A program made the position numbers and the translations under genes. From an uncultured Candidatus Saccharibacteria bacterium (GTDB lineage Bacteria > Patescibacteriota > Saccharimonadia > Saccharimonadales > JACDBH01): 64,000 nucleotides of DNA. This document shows positions 16,296 through 23,370 of the stretch, in pieces (the first letter of the stretch is position 1; the number at the start of each line of letters is the position of its first letter). The stretch covers positions 5,593 through 69,592 of the forward strand of contig CAZXOA010000003.1 of NCBI GenBank assembly GCA_964642275.1, read 5' to 3'. The notes under the pieces are model-generated. The model had not been told where the DNA came from and made no database searches. It was given only the letters and a program-made list of their open reading frames with translations.

Positions 16296-17090
16296 TTAAC
16301 GGGCGCGGGCAAATACGGCGGCGTCTACGGATTTTGCGCCCGCCTCTTTGAGGGTCCGGGCGGCGGACTCGAGTGTGGCGCCAGTTGTGAGTACGTCATC
16401 TATCAGCAGAACAGGGCGGTTTTGAAGCAAAAACCCAGCCTTGGCACGAAAAGCGCCGTCCATGCTTTCCAATCGTTCTTTGCGCTTGGAGCCAACCTGG
16501 CGGTGCTGCCCGAGCCGGGTTAGGGCAGGGACATGCCTGTAGCCGCTCAACTTTGAAAATTCACGGGCAATCCGCGCCGCATGGTCGAAGCCGCGCTGGC
16601 GCACATGCGAAGTGATAGTCGGCACATGCACGATAAGCGTATTGGCGGGCAGGGCAGGAATTGTACTCATGAGCTCGCGGGCGATCAGGTCGGCTGCCTC
16701 GCCCGAGTACGAAAACTTCATTTTGTGCACCAGTTCCTTCGAGGCAGACGTGTACTCGGTCCTGGTAAAAACATGCTTCAGCGCTGTTTTTCGCCTGCAG
16801 GCGGGACAGACCTGGCCACCTTTGGACAGACGATTGCACCGATAGCACCGGCTTTCCTCGGCCGGCAGGAGGTCGTCAACACACCACAAACAGAGGAGTG
16901 GCCCCTCTGTTTGGCACCCCATACAGTGCGACGGGGCAATCAGGCGATAAAAGTGTTCAACAAGCCTCACTATGACTCCATTCTCCCACCGGCTGAACAA
17001 GTGTTGTGTATATTGTGTTGTAAATAAGTGCACAAAACCTTTGCACACTGTTATATATCTAGCTATACTAGTACCAAGATAAAAAATCAA
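16296..17090 (-). CDS. comFC: ComF-family protein (zinc-finger + phosphoribosyltransferase domain); start uncertain
   Basis: Cys clusters CMGC...CLWC and CYRC...CPAC. PRTase motif VLLIDDVLTTGATL. The track start at 17090 overlaps the hsp20 promoter, so the real start is probably further inside. Confidence 0.75.
   Translation of the reverse strand: MIFYLGTSIARYITVCKGFVHLFTTQYTQHLFSRWENGVIVRLVEHFYRLIAPSHCMGCQTEGPLLCLWCVDDLLPAEESRCYRCNRLSKGGQVCPACRRKTALKHVFTRTEYTSASKELVHKMKFSYSGEAADLIARELMSTIPALPANTLIVHVPTITSHVRQRGFDHAARIAREFSKLSGYRHVPALTRLGQHRQVGSKRKERLESMDGAFRAKAGFLLQNRPVLLIDDVLTTGATLESAARTLKEAGAKSVDAAVFARAR
17041..17069 (+). promoter_or_regulatory. hsp20 promoter
   Basis: TTGCAC (17041-17046), 17 nt, TATACT (17064-17069). 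Followed by SD GGAGGGGAG and ATG 17125. Confidence 0.5.
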
Positions 17091-17124
17091 ATGTTTTGTA
17101 ACTAAAGTGGAGGGGAGAAACCTA

Positions 17125-17610
17125 ATGGCAAGACGGAATCACGACGATGACCTCTTGATGGAAGATGAACTGACTGCTGCCTTCTTGGGCGATGACGACA
17201 TGCCTACCGCCGCAGACGAGCCAGTAGCAAACGATCAGGGGATGACAGGACCAGCTGCAAGCGACTGGGACGAAGATGAGCCAGTACCAGGCCAGCTCGC
17301 AGTAGATGTATATGAGACCAAGGACAAACTGGTCGTAAAGGCGCGTACTGCAGGTGTCAATAAGAATGACCTAGATGTCAGCATTAGCGACAACACGCTG
17401 TCTGTGCGCGGCACACTGAGCGCAGGCAACGAAGATGATGTAGAGAACTACTTTGTGCAGGAATGTTACTGGGGTGAGTTCAGCCGCAGTATTGCATTGC
17501 CTGTGCCAGTAAAAGAAGAGGAGATTGAGGCTATGCTCAAAGACGGCGTACTCACTATCTCATTTGCCAAGGTAAAACAAGATACCGTTAAGAAAATCGA
17601 AGTTCTGTAA
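17125..17610 (+). CDS. Hsp20/alpha-crystallin family small heat-shock protein
   Basis: ACD core LAVDVYETKDKLVVKARTAGVNKNDLDVSISDNTLSVRG...GVLTISFAK. ATG 17125 has a better SD than the track GTG at 17107. Confidence 0.9.
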   Translation: MARRNHDDDLLMEDELTAAFLGDDDMPTAADEPVANDQGMTGPAASDWDEDEPVPGQLAVDVYETKDKLVVKARTAGVNKNDLDVSISDNTLSVRGTLSAGNEDDVENYFVQECYWGEFSRSIALPVPVKEEEIEAMLKDGVLTISFAKVKQDTVKKIEVL

Positions 17611-17628
17611 AAGATACTTACGAGACAT

Positions 17629-17661
17629 AAAAATCCCCCTGGTCAGACCAGGGGGATTTTT
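17629..17661. terminator. bidirectional terminator shared by hsp20 (+) and the pilin operon (-)
   Basis: AAAAATCCCCCTGGT-CAG-ACCAGGGGGATTTTT. Confidence 0.85.
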
Positions 17662-17728
17662 ATGTAAGAGAATCAAGAGGTTAAGATGTGAACCGGCTAC
17701 CCCGAAACAGCGGGTACCGTATCTACTG

Positions 17729-18142
17729 CTACGTGCTCACATTCTTGGCATTCGCTACAACAAACTTCACAATGAACTGAGCAAGTGCAACAATGACCAA
17801 GCCGATGATAGCATAGATAATAGTGTTTTTGGCACCTGTAACCTTGTTGCTATCACCACCAGAGGTGATGTACTTGAAGCCACCGACAACGATCATGATG
17901 ACAGAAACGATACCAACGAACCAAGAAAGCCAGTTCACGACTTTTTGGACGATGTCGACGACGCCAGACCCATCCGCATCCGCATCTCCACAGTCACCCA
18001 CGCCGGGACCCTGGAGACCTACGCCAGCACAGAGATTATCAGTAATAGACTGTGCGTTTACATTGCCAACTGCAGCAACAGGCAGAGCAACGGCAAAGCC
18101 GAGTGCAAGTACTGCTATTAATGTTTTTATCTTTTTTAACAT
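17729..18142 (-). CDS. T4SS pilin-like protein (VirB2/TrbC-type two-helix hairpin), paralog 1, with its own promoter
   Basis: 137 aa. Signal peptide ending NVNA|QS, Cys-x12-Cys loop, then WLSWFVGIVSVIMIVVGGFKYITSGGDSNKVTGAKNTIIYAIIGLVIVALAQFIV. SD AAGGA. Confidence 0.8.
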   Translation of the reverse strand: MLKKIKTLIAVLALGFAVALPVAAVGNVNAQSITDNLCAGVGLQGPGVGDCGDADADGSGVVDIVQKVVNWLSWFVGIVSVIMIVVGGFKYITSGGDSNKVTGAKNTIIYAIIGLVIVALAQFIVKFVVANAKNVST

Positions 18143-18174
18143 AGTTTTATTATTCCTTATTTAGATCTAGTTTA

Positions 18175-18203
18175 TTTATACCACTGTATTATATCCTGTA
18201 CAA
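18175..18203 (-). promoter_or_regulatory. internal promoter for pilin paralog 1
   Basis: Minus strand has TTGTAC (18203-18198), 17 nt, TATAAA (18180-18175), inside the 77-nt gap after paralog 2. An alternative overlapping pair is TTGCCA/TATAAT. Confidence 0.4.
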
Positions 18204-18219
18204 CCCCACGGCTGGCAAG

Positions 18220-18705
18220 CTAACCGCACGTACCCCAATCCTCACGCGGAACCCTATCGCGACATTCTTGAATATCGGCCGCCGAACGCCCCGGGGCAGC
18301 GGGAGTAACATTCTGTAAAACAAACTGCACCAGCACCTGTGCCAGTGCGGCCACAGCGAGGCCGATTAGGGCGTACATAATGGTACTCTTGGCGCTATTA
18401 ATACCATTACTGTCCCCGTTAGAGGTAATGTATTTAAGGCCGCCGATGATAACCATAATTATGGCAATAACCCCAATAATCCAAGATAGCAGGTTGATCA
18501 CTGTGCGTAACAGCCCCCTAATGGAGCTGCCAGCGCTATCATTGGCGCAGCTCTGGCCAGATGCCGCGCCCAAGCCCTCGCAAGCCGCCTGCTTGGCCGC
18601 ATCAGGCACCTGTGCAGAGGCAGTCGAAGCAATGCCCAGTACAGGCACCGCCAAGCCAAGCAGCAACACAAGGCTGAATAAACTCTTTTGAATCAAGTTT
18701 TTCAT
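18220..18705 (-). CDS. T4SS pilin-like protein, paralog 2 (extra Cys-containing C-terminal tail)
   Basis: 161 aa. Signal peptide ...STASA|QV, Cys-x10-Cys, core LLSWIIGVIAIIMVIIGGLKYITSNGDSNGINSAKSTIMYALIGLAVAALAQ. Tail ...ECRDRVPREDWGTCG. Confidence 0.8.
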   Translation of the reverse strand: MKNLIQKSLFSLVLLLGLAVPVLGIASTASAQVPDAAKQAACEGLGAASGQSCANDSAGSSIRGLLRTVINLLSWIIGVIAIIMVIIGGLKYITSNGDSNGINSAKSTIMYALIGLAVAALAQVLVQFVLQNVTPAAPGRSAADIQECRDRVPREDWGTCG

Positions 18706-18709
18706 ATTT

Positions 18710-19093
18710 TTATAATACTCCTACTAAGAATCTAACAATTACTTGCGATATTGAAAAGACCGCTACACCGATAAGCGCGTAGATTATAGTGTCGCGGGCG
18801 CTTTTTATACTGGCAGGGTCGCCATTGGCGGTAATGTACTTTATTGCCGCAATCATTATCATCAGCACCGACACAAAGCCAACCACCCAGCCAAGCATTC
18901 TGACAACCCTTAGGATGATCCCATCGTTGCCGGATATTGGGTCAGTACCGTCTGTACTGCAGACGGATGCATCATCGGTTACGCCCTCTTGGCAAGCATG
19001 CTCGAACGGGTCACCCGTCCACTGCGCAGAGGCAGGCACAGCAACTGCCAGCGGCGCTATAGATAACATAAGAATTAAAACAAGTCTTTTCAT
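18710..19093 (-). CDS. T4SS pilin-like protein, paralog 3
   Basis: Start taken at MKRLVLILM (ATG 19093), where the track gives 19114. Signal peptide ...VPASA|QW, Cys-x10-Cys, core MLGWVVGFVSVLMIMIAAIKYITANGDPASIKSARDTIIYALIGVAVF. Confidence 0.75.
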   Translation of the reverse strand: MKRLVLILMLSIAPLAVAVPASAQWTGDPFEHACQEGVTDDASVCSTDGTDPISGNDGIILRVVRMLGWVVGFVSVLMIMIAAIKYITANGDPASIKSARDTIIYALIGVAVFSISQVIVRFLVGVL

Positions 19094-19094
19094 A

Positions 19095-19388
19095 TCAAAC
19101 ATTATCCACCACAAAGGCCACTATCATAAAGGCTATCATGCTAATTACCAGTCCAATTGCTGCATAGATGATGGCATTGCGGGCCTTTGAGATATCTTCT
19201 GACTTGCCACGGGAAATCACTATCCTGAACGCCGCAATCGCAATAATAAGCACTGCCACCGCACCGGCAATAGCAAAAACAATTTGCAACCCTGCCTGCA
19301 CCTGTGTCTCGCCAACTCCCTGTTGAGGAACATTCTTAATATCTTCGGGGCGAAGTGTCTGCGCAAAAGCTTGTAATGTATGTTTCAT
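19095..19388 (-). CDS. short pilin-like two-helix protein, paralog 4 (no classical signal peptide)
   Basis: 97 aa. Core IVFAIAGAVAVLIIAIAAFRIVISRGKSEDISKARNAIIYAAIGLVISMIAFMIV aligns by eye with the KYITSxGD...AKxTIIYAxIGL core of paralogs 1-3. Confidence 0.65.
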   Translation of the reverse strand: MKHTLQAFAQTLRPEDIKNVPQQGVGETQVQAGLQIVFAIAGAVAVLIIAIAAFRIVISRGKSEDISKARNAIIYAAIGLVISMIAFMIVAFVVDNV

Positions 19389-19402
19389 AACCTAAGGATA
19401 TT

Positions 19403-19915
19403 CTAACCCGTGAGCCTTCTTGCAACAAAACTTACAATAGCGGCCGATGCGAGAGCAATAATGAGACCTATAAGCGCATTAATAACGGTTTGGCGGGCAG
19501 ATTTTGCATTTTCCGGCTCACCCTGTGACAGGATAAAACGATACCCGCCGTAGATAATATAACCCACTGCAACCAGTGCAGCTATACGAAGCAAAATATC
19601 GACTACCGCAAGAGCAATGTAGCTAACTGTCTTCGTTACATCAGTTTCACCACCTGACTGGGGAAGAAAAACCTCGCACCTGCCGTTCACTGACGCACGA
19701 TCAAGATACTGATACCAAGCGGGTAGCCCCAAAAACGATCCGCCGCCACACGAGTCTAAACAAGTGCCCGTTGTCCCGTCCCAATATCTTCCACCAGCTC
19801 CACACTGCTGGGCTCTGCGCTCAAACGTATCAGCACTCTGAGCCGACACACTCGGTACAGGTAGCAGCAGTGTGAAAAAAATGCTGGCAAGAAGTATCTT
19901 TTGGAAAATTTTCAT
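19403..19915 (-). CDS. T4SS pilin-like protein, paralog 5 (4-Cys N-domain)
   Basis: 170 aa. Signal peptide ...PSVSA|QS, four Cys in the exposed part, core VAVGYIIYGGYRFILSQGEPENAKSARQTVINALIGLIIALASAAIV. Confidence 0.7.
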   Translation of the reverse strand: MKIFQKILLASIFFTLLLPVPSVSAQSADTFERRAQQCGAGGRYWDGTTGTCLDSCGGGSFLGLPAWYQYLDRASVNGRCEVFLPQSGGETDVTKTVSYIALAVVDILLRIAALVAVGYIIYGGYRFILSQGEPENAKSARQTVINALIGLIIALASAAIVSFVARRLTG

Positions 19916-20988
19916 ATTACTCCTCCTGGTACAAGGTAGTTTAGCAATCCATAACCGAAAACTAGCAGAATCAGGGCAATGATGGCATTTCTGATCCGCC
20001 CCCTGGCTGCCGAAACCTTCTGAGGGTCGCTACCGGCACTGGAGTACTGTATGCCGCCCGCGATAATAGCTATGGTAATTACTATACCTGCAAGCACCGC
20101 AAGCACATTAATAGTAAGGGCTATGTAGTTGAGGATCCCGCAGTAGTTTTCACTGCCAGCAGCCTCTCCGCTCGTAGGACTGGTGCCCTGACAGTCGTTC
20201 GTCTGAGGCTGATAGGGTACGCACCTTGCAATATCGCTCTTCCACACCCCGCCGTCTGCCTGGCACTGCTCTGAGGAGGTTGGTCCTGAAGGAGTAGTGT
20301 CCTCTTCCGACCCTGAGCATTCGGATAACCCACCCTCTGGAGTAGGATCACCATTAGGACAGTACTCTTGGCATCCAGCCGGTCCACCAGCTGGCACTGG
20401 TTGCCCGTCAGGACAATAATCCGTGGTGTTATTATCCTGATTATCTGCCTTTTCTCCAAGATCACCTGTGACCCTATCAATGTTTGGATTAGTTGGAGTC
20501 GGACTGGTTCCAAAAAGGTTAGTAAAATATGATTGATTTCCCACTGTAAATGAACTAGCGCTCACGACATAGTCGTCTATAGCAGCACCTGGGTTACCCT
20601 TATAGCCATAGCCCGGTCGAGCACCGTCCACATATATATTCTTTGTGCTCTGTAAGTGCGCCCCATTATTATCGGGGTAGAACATATAATTTGTCCCCGG
20701 TATCGAGCACCAGTAATGCTCAAACTCTCCGAACGTATCGTCTTGTCCTCGCTCTCTAATCGCAAGTATCTCTTCCTTATCTGTAAAACCATACAGATCA
20801 TAGTACGCGTCTATGTGAGTGGAGCAGGGGCCGCCATATTCTACCATCTCATAGTAGTAAGATGACTCGCTCTCAATTATCTCTGCCGAAGCACTTCGCC
20901 AAGATACAAAAGCAAATAAGTTAACGCACATGAGTATGGCGACTATCATGCCGATGAATAGCTTGGTGATTGATTCTCCGTATTTCAT
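19912..20988 (-). CDS. large secreted Cys-rich 'head' fused to a C-terminal pilin-like two-helix domain (fusion A)
   Basis: Start taken at MKYGESITKLF (20988), where the track gives 21033. N-terminal TM/signal, ~250 aa Cys/Pro/Gly-rich region. C-terminus CGILNYIALTINVLAVLAGIVITIAIIAGGIQYSSAGSDPQKVSAARGRIRNAIIALILLVFGYGLL. Confidence 0.75.
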   Translation of the reverse strand: MKYGESITKLFIGMIVAILMCVNLFAFVSWRSASAEIIESESSYYYEMVEYGGPCSTHIDAYYDLYGFTDKEEILAIRERGQDDTFGEFEHYWCSIPGTNYMFYPDNNGAHLQSTKNIYVDGARPGYGYKGNPGAAIDDYVVSASSFTVGNQSYFTNLFGTSPTPTNPNIDRVTGDLGEKADNQDNNTTDYCPDGQPVPAGGPAGCQEYCPNGDPTPEGGLSECSGSEEDTTPSGPTSSEQCQADGGVWKSDIARCVPYQPQTNDCQGTSPTSGEAAGSENYCGILNYIALTINVLAVLAGIVITIAIIAGGIQYSSAGSDPQKVSAARGRIRNAIIALILLVFGYGLLNYLVPGGVI

Positions 20989-20990
20989 TA

Positions 20991-21572
20991 CTAGTCTATG
21001 CTCCGCACTTCTACTACTTGCCCAAGAAGCCATTGTCCGTTCTGAGTCGTGTTGCGTCTCATTTCAAGTACAACGATCACTGGTACTCTGTTGCTTTTTG
21101 TGCAGGTATGTGCAGTTCGGACAGAATCATAATCGTCCCCATTAAATTGCCGGATCTCAGCTTTGTGGCTTGGTTGCTTTACTGTACGGCAACTAGCCCA
21201 ATCGACATTAGTTCCAAAATAACCAGCGGCCATCGCATCAGCCAGCGAACCCTCCCAATCATGCAGCAGACTTGTCATATCTGCTGCTGCACTTAGATCG
21301 TCTTGCCCCAAGAAACTTATTACTCCCTGGGCAGCAGTAACCGCCGGGACAGCATCGTCGGCAGTAACCGCTCCGTCCACCACTATCGAACTAGAAATAG
21401 GCTCTCTTTGAGTGATGGCAAAGAGGGCAACAACAAGTATAACAATAGCGGCAACTGCTGCCACAAATATTACTACCTTACGATACCTGCTCTTGGGCGG
21501 CTGGATATTCGGATTAGGTGTTGTCTGGAGCCATGAGTAGTCAAGTTGTGTTTCCTGCTGTTCTGGGATCAT
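20991..21572 (-). CDS. DYSWLQ-motif single-pass membrane protein A (193 aa)
   Basis: N-terminus ...QLDYSWLQTTP, TM VVIFVAAVAAIVILVVALFAI, ~130-aa exposed domain with 2 Cys. Paralog of 22688-23281. Confidence 0.7.
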   Translation of the reverse strand: MIPEQQETQLDYSWLQTTPNPNIQPPKSRYRKVVIFVAAVAAIVILVVALFAITQREPISSSIVVDGAVTADDAVPAVTAAQGVISFLGQDDLSAAADMTSLLHDWEGSLADAMAAGYFGTNVDWASCRTVKQPSHKAEIRQFNGDDYDSVRTAHTCTKSNRVPVIVVLEMRRNTTQNGQWLLGQVVEVRSID

Positions 21573-21669
21573 AGTTATAAGCCTACCCTAAAGGGCTTGA
21601 ACTGAAAAGTATCGCGTTATAGTTGCAGTGAGTATGCTTGGAGCATAGAAGAGCCAAGCTAATTATATT

Positions 21670-22683
21670 TCACAAAATCCCGCCAGGTACCAGATAGCTC
21701 AGCAATGCATACCCAAAGATAAGCAACAACAGGGCAATAACGGAGTTCCTGATCCGAGATTTGGCAGCTGAAACCTTCTGAGGGTCGCTACCGGCACTAG
21801 AATATTGCATACCAGCAACAATAAGCGAAGCCGTAATAACGATGCCCGCCAAAACCGCAAGAGCATCTATAAAAATAGCTATGTAGTTGAGAATCCCACA
21901 GTGGTTTTCATCACTCTCCCCAAGACCACTTGTAACGCTTGGTCCTTGGCAGTCGTTGGTTGTCTTGGACTGGTAGGCACGACATACACCGTCTGTGGGA
22001 TCATCGGGATTTTCTTCGTTCTGCACCCATTCACGCCCACCTTGTATACACGAGTCTCTCTGTGTGACACTTTCTGATGGAGTATAAGTGGTAGTGCCTC
22101 CTGAACTGCTCGAAGTCGAACCTGCGCTACCCCCTGTTGAGCCAGATGAAGATGAGCTGCCTCCGGGCAACGGCAGAGAACTGCTGACATATCCATGAAA
22201 AGTCTGTCTAGGCGTCATGGTTTCGCAGCCGGTACCCGTGCTAGGACCAGCAGTAACACAACTGGTCCCCCAGTTACAGGTCCTGGTAGTCGGACTCCAA
22301 TAACTATTCCCCTCTACAGCTTGACAGATGTTCTGAGCCTGGCGCAGGTTGTGAGCGTTCCGCGCCATCACCTCGGTTGCATCGCCCGACCCACAATGTA
22401 CATGAAACATTATTGTACTATTCCGGTCTCTCGTCATATAACAATGTCCGCGCGTACCCGAAGTGAGACGCGCATAATTTTCGGTAGGGCAAGTCATACG
22501 CTCAAAATTTCTATCGCCAGCCCTATAGTAGCAGCCCTGCGTTAGCGGAGGTGGCTGGGCAACAGTGTTATTGGGCGGCAAAAATAATAACAGACCCGCA
22601 GTCATGCCATAAGCCAAGGCAATCAGGACTGCAAACCTCCCAACCTTGCGGCCAGGGCGGCTGGCTCTAGAGATAATTGTCAT
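21670..22683 (-). CDS. large secreted Cys-rich 'head' fused to a C-terminal pilin-like domain (fusion B)
   Basis: 337 aa. The head differs from fusion A and includes a Ser/Gly-rich linker. C-terminus CGILNYIAIFIDALAVLAGIVITASLIVAGMQYSSAGSDPQKVSAAKSRIRNSVIALLLLIFGYALL is nearly identical to fusion A. Confidence 0.75.
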   Translation of the reverse strand: MTIISRASRPGRKVGRFAVLIALAYGMTAGLLLFLPPNNTVAQPPPLTQGCYYRAGDRNFERMTCPTENYARLTSGTRGHCYMTRDRNSTIMFHVHCGSGDATEVMARNAHNLRQAQNICQAVEGNSYWSPTTRTCNWGTSCVTAGPSTGTGCETMTPRQTFHGYVSSSLPLPGGSSSSSGSTGGSAGSTSSSSGGTTTYTPSESVTQRDSCIQGGREWVQNEENPDDPTDGVCRAYQSKTTNDCQGPSVTSGLGESDENHCGILNYIAIFIDALAVLAGIVITASLIVAGMQYSSAGSDPQKVSAAKSRIRNSVIALLLLIFGYALLSYLVPGGIL

Positions 22684-22687
22684 ATAC

Positions 22688-23281
22688 CTAATATACCTCT
22701 TTTAGCCCATGATCTTTTACAGTAGCATGAGCAAACCGCCACGTATCCGCACCTGCAATATTTCTGTTCATCTCCATAGTTATATCCAGCTCCCAGCCGT
22801 CTGTCTGTTTGCATGTAAGGTTAATGAGAGTGGTGTCATAGAGAGTCCCTCCGTGCTCGCTTACCCGGGCCGGGTAACTTTCGAGGGCTGAGTGCCTACA
22901 CGTTGCTGGATCCAGCGTATCGCCAAAATAGGTAAAGGCCACCTCCTCAGTAAATCCGCCACCAATTTTATTGTAAGCGCTTACCAAGCCCGATGCCTGC
23001 TGCATATTACCTTCACCTACCAGCTGCAGGAAGTTCTGGGCCGACTGAACCGCCGGCGCGGCTTTTTCAGCCGAAATTTGACCGTCTACGACATACGACA
23101 ACCCTTGGGTGGAGTCATTTCGTCCACCAAACGCCAACAATGCAAAAAGCAGCGCGATAAGCACAGCAGCTGCTATAACAATCAAAAATGCGCCTCCTCG
23201 CTTTGGCGAAGATGGTTGGACCTGGCTAGGCGGCTGCAGCCACGAGTAGTCGGGCGATGGTTGATCCTGATCGGGATTCAT
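22688..23281 (-). CDS. DYSWLQ-motif single-pass membrane protein B (197 aa), first gene of the minus arm
   Basis: N-terminus ...SPDYSWLQPPS, TM AFLIVIAAAVLIALLFALLAF, exposed domain with 2 Cys. TACACT (23294-23289) lies 7 nt before the ATG. Confidence 0.7.
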   Translation of the reverse strand: MNPDQDQPSPDYSWLQPPSQVQPSSPKRGGAFLIVIAAAVLIALLFALLAFGGRNDSTQGLSYVVDGQISAEKAAPAVQSAQNFLQLVGEGNMQQASGLVSAYNKIGGGFTEEVAFTYFGDTLDPATCRHSALESYPARVSEHGGTLYDTTLINLTCKQTDGWELDITMEMNRNIAGADTWRFAHATVKDHGLKEVY

Positions 23282-23353
23282 ATGGTCTAGTGTAGTTCAC
23301 CTTGACTATCTCTCCAAAATCTCTCGGCCTCCTGAGTAAATAAGCCCGTTTTA

Positions 23354-23362
23354 TGGTATATT
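23354..23362 (+). promoter_or_regulatory. extended -10-like element (TGgTATATT) 8 nt before the VirB6-like ATG
   Basis: TGG at 23354-23356 and TATATT at 23357-23362, with ATG at 23371. No SD in between. Confidence 0.35.
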
Positions 23363-23370
23363 TATGGCAA

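Noticed and set aside
19912-22683. Diversity-generating retroelement (template/variable repeat) explanation for the repeated pilin-fusion 3' ends
   Set aside because: No reverse transcriptase is present in the window. The differences between the two copies are not adenine-specific, and the repeated part is the conserved anchor, not a variable C-terminal lectin fold.
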